NCBI GenBank assembly: GCA_905479615.1
Contig: CAJQNH010000045.1
Location: 1-48,802, forward strand
Length of the DNA: 48,802 nt
From: an uncultured Eudoraea sp.
Lineage (GTDB): Bacteria; Bacteroidota; Bacteroidia; Flavobacteriales; Flavobacteriaceae
Reading direction: 5' to 3'
Each line of letters opens with the position of its first letter. Within the stretch, counting starts at the first letter, position 1. The translations under genes and the position numbers were made by a program. The notes beneath the pieces were generated by a model that was not told the origin of the DNA, did not search any database, and saw only the letters and a program-made list of their open reading frames with translations. Shown here piece by piece: positions 21,394-29,378 of the stretch.

Positions 21394-23721
21394 TTGAATA
21401 CATTTTTAGATGATTTAAATGATGCTCAAAAGGGCCCTGTTTTGCACAAGGAAGGACCTCTAATGGTTATCGCCGGTGCGGGTTCAGGAAAAACCCGGGT
21501 ACTTACTTTTAGAATTGCCCATTTAATGGAGCAGGGTGTTGATCCCTTTAATATTCTGGCACTAACCTTTACAAACAAGGCTGCCAGAGAAATGAAAAAA
21601 CGAATAGCCAGTATAGTGGGCGGCTCTGAGGCTAAGAACTTGTGGATGGGAACATTTCACTCCATTTTCGCCCGGTTACTCCGTTTTGATGGTGATAAAT
21701 TAGGTTATCCAAGTAATTATACCATTTATGACACTCAGGATTCACAGCGTTTAATTTCATCGATAATTAAAGAAATGGGATTAGATAAGGACATTTATAA
21801 ATACAAACAAATTCAAAATCGTATTTCATCTTACAAAAACAGTTTAATTACCGTTAAGGCCTATTTCCAAAATCCTGAATTAATGGAGGCAGACGCCATG
21901 GCAAAGCGCCCCAGGTTGGGTGATATTTATCAAAACTACGTGGACCGATGCTTTAAAGCTGGCGCAATGGATTTTGATGACTTACTTTTACGCACCAATG
22001 AATTATTAAGCCGTTTTCCAGAAGTTTTAATGAAATATCAGGAAAGGTTCAGATATATTCTTGTAGATGAGTATCAGGATACCAATCACTCTCAATATCT
22101 TATTGTAAAAGCCCTGGCTGACCGCTTTCAAAATATTTGCGTTGTAGGCGATGACGCTCAGAGTATTTACTCTTTTAGAGGAGCAAACATTACAAATATC
22201 TTAAACTTTCAGCGCGACTATGACGATGTTGCCGTGTATAGGTTAGAGCAAAATTACCGCTCTACCAAGAATATAGTTAATGCCGCAAATTCAATAATAG
22301 CCAACAATAAAAACCAGCTTGAAAAGGTAGTTTGGACATCGAATGATGAGGGTACAAAAATAAAAGTGCACAGAAGTACAACAGATGCTGAAGAAGGGAG
22401 ATATGTGGCCGGCTCTATTTTTGAAAATAAAATGCAAAACCAGCGCGCAAATGGAAATTTTGCGGTACTATACCGCACAAACTCCCAGTCCCGCGCCATT
22501 GAGGATGCATTAAGAAAAAGAGATATTCCGTATAGAATTTATGGAGGACTTTCTTTTTATCAAAGAAAGGAGATCAAGGATTTGTTATCTTATCTCAGAT
22601 TGGTAATCAACTCGAAGGATGAAGAGGCTTTAAAAAGGGTTATAAATTTCCCTACACGTGGTATAGGTCAAACCACAATTGATAAACTAACGGTAGCTGC
22701 TAACCATTACTCAAGATCAATATTTGAAATAATGGAAAATTTGGAAAAAATAGATTTAAAGATTAATGCTGGTACCAAAAGAAAACTCGAAGACTTTACT
22801 AATATGATAAAGAGTTTTCAGATTATGAATAAGAGTGCGGATGCTTTTACTCTGGCTGAGTATGTGGCTAAGAAAACAGGCATCCTCCTGGAGTTTAAGA
22901 AGGACGGCACTCCCGAGGGTATTGCTCGAATGGAGAACATAGAAGAATTATTAAATGGTATCAAAGACTTTGTTGAAGGGCAAAAGGAACTGGCTGATGC
23001 CAAAGGCGATATTACTGAGTTTCTTGAAGATGTAGCACTGGCCACAGATTTGGATAAGGACACCGGTGATGATGACCGGGTGGCTCTAATGACCATTCAC
23101 CTTGCAAAAGGATTGGAATTTCCTTTTGTTTATATTGTTGGGATGGAAGAGGATCTTTTTCCTTCTGCAATGAGCATGAATACACGAAGTGAGTTGGAAG
23201 AGGAGCGCAGGCTATTTTATGTTGCGCTAACCCGTGCCGAGGAACAGGCGTATTTAACATATACCCAAAACAGATATCGGTGGGGTAAATTAATTGATGC
23301 TGAACCCAGTCGTTTTATTGAAGAAATAGAGGATAAATATATCGAGAACCTGACTCCGGTGGATACATATCGATATAAACCTTTAATTAATACCGATATT
23401 TTCGGTGAAGTTGACAAGTCAAAACTACGACAACTAAAGCCTGAAAATGGTATTCCACCAGGAATTGGAAAACCCAATGAAAATCAATTAAGAAAGCTTA
23501 GAAAACTTAAACCGGAATTATCTAAGCCCATTGGAAATACAAATACAATAGATCCAAATCTATCTGAAGGGACTTTGGTAAATCACACACGTTTTGGTCG
23601 TGGTAAGGTATTGCGTATTGAAGGGGCCGGCAATGATAAGAAGGCCGAAATACAATTTGTAAAAGGCGATATAAAAAAGTTGCTTCTTCGATTTGCGAAA
23701 CTGGAAATCATTGATGTTTAA
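21394..23721 (+). CDS. pcrA: UvrD/PcrA superfamily 1 DNA helicase
   Basis: AGAGSGKT, TFTNKAA, DEYQDTN, VGDDAQSIYSFRGA, LEQNYRST, YVALTRA and a C-terminal Tudor-like HTRFGRG domain. TTG start. Confidence 0.95.
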   Translation: MNTFLDDLNDAQKGPVLHKEGPLMVIAGAGSGKTRVLTFRIAHLMEQGVDPFNILALTFTNKAAREMKKRIASIVGGSEAKNLWMGTFHSIFARLLRFDGDKLGYPSNYTIYDTQDSQRLISSIIKEMGLDKDIYKYKQIQNRISSYKNSLITVKAYFQNPELMEADAMAKRPRLGDIYQNYVDRCFKAGAMDFDDLLLRTNELLSRFPEVLMKYQERFRYILVDEYQDTNHSQYLIVKALADRFQNICVVGDDAQSIYSFRGANITNILNFQRDYDDVAVYRLEQNYRSTKNIVNAANSIIANNKNQLEKVVWTSNDEGTKIKVHRSTTDAEEGRYVAGSIFENKMQNQRANGNFAVLYRTNSQSRAIEDALRKRDIPYRIYGGLSFYQRKEIKDLLSYLRLVINSKDEEALKRVINFPTRGIGQTTIDKLTVAANHYSRSIFEIMENLEKIDLKINAGTKRKLEDFTNMIKSFQIMNKSADAFTLAEYVAKKTGILLEFKKDGTPEGIARMENIEELLNGIKDFVEGQKELADAKGDITEFLEDVALATDLDKDTGDDDRVALMTIHLAKGLEFPFVYIVGMEEDLFPSAMSMNTRSELEEERRLFYVALTRAEEQAYLTYTQNRYRWGKLIDAEPSRFIEEIEDKYIENLTPVDTYRYKPLINTDIFGEVDKSKLRQLKPENGIPPGIGKPNENQLRKLRKLKPELSKPIGNTNTIDPNLSEGTLVNHTRFGRGKVLRIEGAGNDKKAEIQFVKGDIKKLLLRFAKLEIIDV

Positions 23722-23747
23722 ATTGCGCTGGCATTAATATTTCATAT

Positions 23748-23755
23748 TATATTTG
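23748..23755 (+). promoter_or_regulatory. -7 promoter element for the GH16 gene
   Basis: TATATTTG 27 bp upstream of ATG 23783, with TTG at 23723-23725. Confidence 0.55.
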
Positions 23756-23782
23756 AATTTTAGAATATTTTAATTTATCAAA

Positions 23783-24658
23783 ATGTATAATAATATTATT
23801 TTCCTTTTTACGGTTTTTTTGTTAGGATGCACTGCTAGCAGTCCACAGGATGATCAGGAAAGCGTTTTGCCCGGTCCCAAAGATACTGATGGTTTGGCAG
23901 ATGTAAATGCTCCTGACTATTGGGATAAGGCAGTTTTGGTTTGGGAGGACGAATTTGATGGAAATACCCTTTCCAAAGAGAACTGGATTTTTGAGACGGG
24001 TGCACATGGTTGGGGAAATAATGAACTACAGAATTATACTGAAGATGAAAATGTTACCGTAAGCGACGGAACACTTAAAATAGTAGCGAAAAAAATAGAA
24101 CAAGGTCCGGGAATGGTTGAGTACACTTCTGCGAGATTAAATAGTACAGCCAATTATAAATATGGAAGGATGGAGATCAGGGCAAAAATTCCTGACCATA
24201 AGGGCAACGGTTTATGGCCTGCATTATGGATGTTGGGCACCAACATTCAAACAGCGGGATGGCCGGCTTGTGGTGAAATTGATATTATGGAATATGTAAG
24301 TTTTGAGCCCAATCAGACTCATTTTTCCATTCACAGTCTTGCAAACAATCATAAGGATGGAACACAAGTAACTTCAGGTCCGGTTTTACTGGAGACGATA
24401 GAAGAAGAATTTCACAACTATGGCATTCTTTGGACTAACAAATACCTGAAATTCTACATAGATGATATAGAAAATGTTAAGCTGATATTTCCGCGACCTG
24501 CTATAACTAATGCTCAAAACTGGCCTTTTTCAGGAACATTTTATTTTTTAATGAATATAGCTGTTGGAGGAGACTGGGGAGGTTTGGAAGGAGTAAATGA
24601 CGCCATTTTTCCTGCAGTTATGGAGGTGGATTATGTACGTGTCTATCAGGTTAAATAG
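23783..24658 (+). CDS. Glycoside hydrolase family 16 lipoprotein (laminarinase-like)
   Basis: Lipobox LLG-C, WEDEF, WGNNELQ, YTSAR, WPALWML, catalytic EIDIME, VDYVRVYQ. Confidence 0.93.
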   Translation: MYNNIIFLFTVFLLGCTASSPQDDQESVLPGPKDTDGLADVNAPDYWDKAVLVWEDEFDGNTLSKENWIFETGAHGWGNNELQNYTEDENVTVSDGTLKIVAKKIEQGPGMVEYTSARLNSTANYKYGRMEIRAKIPDHKGNGLWPALWMLGTNIQTAGWPACGEIDIMEYVSFEPNQTHFSIHSLANNHKDGTQVTSGPVLLETIEEEFHNYGILWTNKYLKFYIDDIENVKLIFPRPAITNAQNWPFSGTFYFLMNIAVGGDWGGLEGVNDAIFPAVMEVDYVRVYQVK

Positions 24659-24722
24659 TATTCCTATTACTTTAAATTGCGTTTGACCACAATAATATTT
24701 ACTCCAAATATCTAGTAAGAAA

Positions 24723-25343
24723 ATGGCCGAATTCATTAAGATTTACGAACAGAATCCTAATCCAAAAGAAATAGATAAGGTTGTGTCCATCCTGCGAAAA
24801 GGTGGTTTAATCATATATCCTACGGATACTGTTTATGGTCTGGGTTGTGATATTACCAGTACAAGAGCCATGGAAAAAATTGCTCGTATAAAGGGAATTA
24901 AATTAGAAAAAGCTAACTGGTCCTTTGTTTGTGCCGACCTTAGTAATCTATCAGATTATGTAAGGCAATTAGATACTCCAACTTTTAAGATACTTAAGCG
25001 TTCCCTTCCCGGCCCTTATACTTTTGTGTTGCCGGGTAGTAGCAAATTGCCTAAGGATTTTAAGAAAAGAAAGACTGTGGGGATTAGAATTCCCGATAAT
25101 AATATTGCAAGGGCTTTGGTTGAAGAGTTAGGAAATCCAATTGTATCAACCTCAATTCGCGATGAAGATGAACTTTTAGAATATACCACTGATCCTGAAT
25201 TAATTTTTGAAAAATGGCACAACCTAGTAGATGTTGTTATTGATGGAGGATACGGAGGCAATATCGGATCTACGGTTATTGATCTTTCAGGAGACTTGCC
25301 AGAAGTACTTAGAGTCGGCAAAGGAGATCCTGATATTATATAA
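24723..25343 (+). CDS. Sua5/YrdC/YciO family protein (YciO-like)
   Basis: YPTDTVYGLGC, PGPYT, VGIRIP, STS, STVIDL. Confidence 0.9.
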   Translation: MAEFIKIYEQNPNPKEIDKVVSILRKGGLIIYPTDTVYGLGCDITSTRAMEKIARIKGIKLEKANWSFVCADLSNLSDYVRQLDTPTFKILKRSLPGPYTFVLPGSSKLPKDFKKRKTVGIRIPDNNIARALVEELGNPIVSTSIRDEDELLEYTTDPELIFEKWHNLVDVVIDGGYGGNIGSTVIDLSGDLPEVLRVGKGDPDII

Positions 25344-25373
25344 AAAAAAAACCGCGGTCAATGACCGCGGTTT
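25342..25373 (-). terminator. Rho-independent terminator, strongest for the minus-strand gene
   Basis: Stem AAACCGCGGTC/GACCGCGGTTT with an AAT loop. A 10-A run on its left gives a U-tract on the minus strand. Confidence 0.85.
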
Positions 25374-25394
25374 AATTATGAAATTATTCAATGT

Positions 25395-26246
25395 TTAGTC
25401 GTTGATAGCAGGATCTTTCATTCCTTCTTCAATCATGCTATAGAACTGATCAATTTTTGGAAGAACAACAGTTCTTGTTCTTCTGTTTTTGGATTTTTCA
25501 GTTTGAGAAACAGGGACATACTGCGATCTACCGGCCGCAGTCATCCTTTTTGGATCTACATTATAATCATTTTGTAAAATACGAACTACAGCTGTAGATC
25601 TTTTTACACTTAAATCCCAATTGTCCAGTAAAACTCCTTTTCTGTAAGGAACTTCATCGGTATGCCCTTCTACCATAAACTCAAAATCGGGTTTGTTGTT
25701 TACAACTTGCGCAACTTTACCTAATATTTCCTTAGCTCTTGCCGTAACATTATAGCTTCCACTGCTAAATAATAGTTTATCCGAAATGGAAATAAAAACT
25801 ACACCCTTTTCAACATTGATCTCAATATCCTGGTCATCTAAATTTCCAAGAACTCCTTTGAGGCTTTGTACCAGTGCCAAGTTTACAGAATCTCTTCTGG
25901 TGATAGCATTTTGTAATTTACGAATGGTAAGATCTTTTTCCTGAAGACTTTCCAAAGATTTTTCAAGATTTTCTGCACCCTTCGTTGTTAGGGTAGTTAA
26001 ATTCCCCATGTTATTTATTAACTCCTGATTGTTTGCTTTCAGAAATGAATTCTGATCTTCCAAAGTCTGCAATCTTGCATCTGCTGTTGCCTTATCCTCA
26101 ATACAGGAATTTAATTTAACTGTAGCAGAATTTAACAGGTCTTGCGTCTCTTTTTGTTTAGTCTCTAAATCAGCGTACTTCTTTTGCGATACGCAAGATG
26201 ATAAAAGGACTGCCATTCCAATAAAGCCTAGAATAAATTTTTTCAT
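25395..26246 (-). CDS. OmpA/MotB family lipoprotein with coiled coil
   Basis: Lipobox LSS-C, coiled coil, LFSSGS, VEGHTD, NWDLSVKRS, NRR. Confidence 0.92.
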   Translation of the reverse strand: MKKFILGFIGMAVLLSSCVSQKKYADLETKQKETQDLLNSATVKLNSCIEDKATADARLQTLEDQNSFLKANNQELINNMGNLTTLTTKGAENLEKSLESLQEKDLTIRKLQNAITRRDSVNLALVQSLKGVLGNLDDQDIEINVEKGVVFISISDKLLFSSGSYNVTARAKEILGKVAQVVNNKPDFEFMVEGHTDEVPYRKGVLLDNWDLSVKRSTAVVRILQNDYNVDPKRMTAAGRSQYVPVSQTEKSKNRRTRTVVLPKIDQFYSMIEEGMKDPAIND

Positions 26247-26345
26247 AATAATGTTTATATAAAATTAATTGTTTGTTTAAATCAACTTTTGTCTAATTCA
26301 TGGTAAAATTATGACATTTGATTTCCTTTAATTTGTCAAAATTAG

Positions 26346-27347
26346 TTAATCTTTTACTAAAATGTTAAAATTCTTTACCTGATATACGAAATAGGACCAT
26401 ACTATGGATTTTGTATTATAGTATAATGGGATAAAATTGACTTTTTCCCTTTTCTTATACATTTTACCAAAATGCCGGTAATAGCTTAAATGTGCTTTAA
26501 GAATAGCCCAGCAATGAATAGGTTTACCCTGTAAAATAAATCTAATAGCCGCGATGGCATCAAGGAAAAGACGAACAAAAATTATAGGAAATGCTTTTTT
26601 TCGGGGAAGGTTTTTAGTTATTGAAAAAAGGGAATTTCTAAAATTCAAAAAAGTTTTTTTTGGGTTCATATTACTTAATGTTGAACCTCCCAGATGATAA
26701 ACATATGATGCTCCGACATAGTAAACCTTTAGTCCTTTATTTTGTGCTCGCCAACACAAGTCAACCTCTTCCTGATGTGCAAAATAGTCCTCATCAAATC
26801 CTCCAAGGCTATCAAACACATCACTTTTTATAAACATACTAGCGCCAGTTGCCCAGAAAATCTCTGTAGTATCGTCATACTGACCTTCATCTTTTTCAAT
26901 GGTCTGAAAAATACGGCCCCTGCAGAATGGATATCCAAACTGATCTAAAAAGCCACCTGCCGCTCCAGCATATTCAAAATAATCTCTTTTTAGCAGATCA
27001 AGAATCTTGGGTTGTATTATAGAGGCATCCGGAAATTTTAGAAATGCATCTTTTATGGGCTCCAGCCAACCGGGTGTTACTTCAACATCAGAATTTAAAA
27101 GACAATAGATGTCTGCGTCAACTTGTTTTAATGCGTCGTTGTATCCTTTGGCAAATCCGTTATTTGAACTATTTTGAATAATGTTTACATTGGGAAAGTT
27201 TTCTTTTACATAAGCCACAGAACCATCCGTAGAGCCATTATCTGCTATATAGATATCAGTTTTGCCAGAATATTGTACCACAATAGGCAGGTAGCGCTCA
27301 AGGAGTGCTTCTCCATTCCAATTAAGTATGACGATTGCAAATTTCAA
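26346..27347 (-). CDS. Glycosyltransferase family 2
   Basis: IVILNWNG, DNGSTDGS, LLNSD, GGFDEDYF, EEVDLCWR. TTG start. Confidence 0.93.
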   Translation of the reverse strand: MKFAIVILNWNGEALLERYLPIVVQYSGKTDIYIADNGSTDGSVAYVKENFPNVNIIQNSSNNGFAKGYNDALKQVDADIYCLLNSDVEVTPGWLEPIKDAFLKFPDASIIQPKILDLLKRDYFEYAGAAGGFLDQFGYPFCRGRIFQTIEKDEGQYDDTTEIFWATGASMFIKSDVFDSLGGFDEDYFAHQEEVDLCWRAQNKGLKVYYVGASYVYHLGGSTLSNMNPKKTFLNFRNSLFSITKNLPRKKAFPIIFVRLFLDAIAAIRFILQGKPIHCWAILKAHLSYYRHFGKMYKKREKVNFIPLYYNTKSIVWSYFVYQVKNFNILVKD

Positions 27348-27359
27348 AACGGTTGCAAA

Positions 27360-27806
27360 TTAACGGCTAAAATCAGGAATTTGCCTTAAAAATGAATATT
27401 TTTCTTCTTCATAATCCATATTACAATAAAAATGATCCAAACCATTAGTGACCATAAGGTATTCTGCTTTCATTTTTAGGTTATAGCGCGCAATTTGATC
27501 AAAAACGTCTTGTGAAATTATGATGTTTGGCGATTTGCATTCTACAAGAATATGAATACTACCATCAGTATTAAAGACAACAATATCATATCTTTTTTTC
27601 AAACCGTTTAGTGATAAGGTTTTTTCAACATTGATTAGAGACGTTGGATACTTTTTATCTATGCTTAAAAAATGAATTACATGCTGCCGGACCCATTCTT
27701 CAGGCTGCAGGGCTACAAATTTTTTACGTATTATGTCAAAAATTTGCTGCTTATTTTCGCTACTTTTGAATCGGAAGTCATAGCCTGGAAAGTTAAGAGA
27801 TCGCAT
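27360..27806 (-). CDS. Stand-alone HsdR N-terminal-like PD-(D/E)xK nuclease domain protein
   Basis: PEEWVRQ, RYDIVV, VECK, QIARYN and VTNG. No helicase domain and no hsdM/hsdS nearby. Confidence 0.85.
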   Translation of the reverse strand: MRSLNFPGYDFRFKSSENKQQIFDIIRKKFVALQPEEWVRQHVIHFLSIDKKYPTSLINVEKTLSLNGLKKRYDIVVFNTDGSIHILVECKSPNIIISQDVFDQIARYNLKMKAEYLMVTNGLDHFYCNMDYEEEKYSFLRQIPDFSR

Positions 27807-27832
27807 AAAACAAATTTGGTAATTTTTTTTGG

Positions 27833-28837
27833 ATGGAAGAAGTAAAGCAGATTGTAAATAACATCCGAAGTGGGAACATAAGCCCTATATATTTTTTAAT
27901 GGGGGATGAGCCTTATTATATTGATAAAATAGCTCAGTTCATTAGTGATAATCTTCTAACCGAGGAGGAGAAGGGCTTTAATCAAATGGTTTTATACGGC
28001 AAGGAAGTATCTCTAGAACAGGTATTGGCCAATGCAAAGAGATATCCAATGATGTCTGAAAGACAGGTTGTCATTGTGAAGGAAGCGCAGCATTTATCCA
28101 GAAATATAGAGGGATTAAGTGCTTATGCTGCCAATCCTCAAACTTCAACAGTACTGGTCTTCTGTTTTAAATACAAAAAATTAGACAAACGAAAAAAATT
28201 ACATAAAACTCTGCTGGCTAACGGAAGTGTCATTTTTGATAGTAAAAAACTATATGAAAATCAGGTTTCAGATTGGATTAGATTAACCTTAAAACAGAAG
28301 GGCTTTTCTATTTCACATAAGGCCTCAGTTTTATTAGTAGAGTATTTGGGAACAGACCTAAGCAGAATTAATAATGAATTAGAAAAATTACAATTAGTAC
28401 TTCCAAAGAATACCGAAATAAACCCCGATCTTATTGAAAAACATATAGGTATAAGCAAGGACTACAATAATTTTGAATTAAAAAAAGCTATAGGCGAAAA
28501 AGATGTTGTCAAAGCTACCAGGATAATCAATTATTTTGCACAGAATCCAAAGGATAACCCATTTGTAGTTACTGTGAGCCTGTTACATAGTTTTTTTACA
28601 CAGTTACTTCAATATCACGGGCTGTCTGACCATTCTCCAAAGAATGTGGCCTCAGCTTTACGGATCAATCCTTATTTCGTAGGAGAGTTTCAGATAGCGT
28701 CCAGAAACTATCCCATGAAGCGCGTTAGCAGCATTATTACTTATTTAAGGGAAATGGACTTAAAAGGAAAAGGGGTAGGGGCATATAATATTTCACAAGC
28801 GGATCTTCTGAAAGAACTACTGGTCAAAATAATATAG
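27833..28837 (+). CDS. holA: DNA polymerase III delta subunit
   Basis: PIYFLMGDEPYYID, YPMMSERQVVIVKEAQ, NELEKL, GISKDYNNFEL. Confidence 0.93.
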   Translation: MEEVKQIVNNIRSGNISPIYFLMGDEPYYIDKIAQFISDNLLTEEEKGFNQMVLYGKEVSLEQVLANAKRYPMMSERQVVIVKEAQHLSRNIEGLSAYAANPQTSTVLVFCFKYKKLDKRKKLHKTLLANGSVIFDSKKLYENQVSDWIRLTLKQKGFSISHKASVLLVEYLGTDLSRINNELEKLQLVLPKNTEINPDLIEKHIGISKDYNNFELKKAIGEKDVVKATRIINYFAQNPKDNPFVVTVSLLHSFFTQLLQYHGLSDHSPKNVASALRINPYFVGEFQIASRNYPMKRVSSIITYLREMDLKGKGVGAYNISQADLLKELLVKII

Positions 28838-28842
28838 GTAGT

Positions 28843-29220
28843 TTACTTTTTGTCGATACTATAACGTCCCGGACCAAGCAGCATTATAACCGCGAAACAG
28901 ACTAAATACAATAGAGCAAGTTCTTTTTTTCCAAAAGGATCTGAACCGTGTACAATAAAGGCTGCGACAGCCATTGTTATCACAATTGGTAAGGAGGCCC
29001 AACGGGTTTTATATCCAATTAGTACGAGTAAAGGGCAAATGACTTCACCTATAACGGCAAGAAACAGAGAAGGTGCAGATCCTATTCCTATGGGATCGGC
29101 AAATTCAAAATCTCCATTTAGAAGTTTTTGGAATTTGGGAATACCATGAGACAATAAAAAGGCAGCGGGAAGAATGCGCAAGACTGCCAGACCAATATCA
29201 CTTTTAAGTTTTTTAGTCAT
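28843..29220 (-). CDS. DoxX family membrane protein
   Basis: Four hydrophobic segments, LR...HGIPK, GxxTR, GPGRYSID. Confidence 0.9.
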   Translation of the reverse strand: MTKKLKSDIGLAVLRILPAAFLLSHGIPKFQKLLNGDFEFADPIGIGSAPSLFLAVIGEVICPLLVLIGYKTRWASLPIVITMAVAAFIVHGSDPFGKKELALLYLVCFAVIMLLGPGRYSIDKK

Positions 29221-29378
29221 TCATTTTAAGATTGGAGAATCTAAAGTAAGCTTTTTTTAATAACTTTTTGACAAATTGCTTAGAATTTGCGTAATGCAAA
29301 ATGACCACATAGTTCCATCATATTCAGACATATGTTATTGAATCTTAATAAAAATAAAATTAGTATAGCGTAATTTTA

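Noticed and set aside
25395-26246. Flagellar stator MotB
   Set aside because: It has a lipoprotein signal instead of the Asp-containing transmembrane helix, and there is no motA.
27360-27806. Type I restriction-modification or defence island
   Set aside because: It is a single nuclease domain with no hsdM, hsdS or other defence genes.
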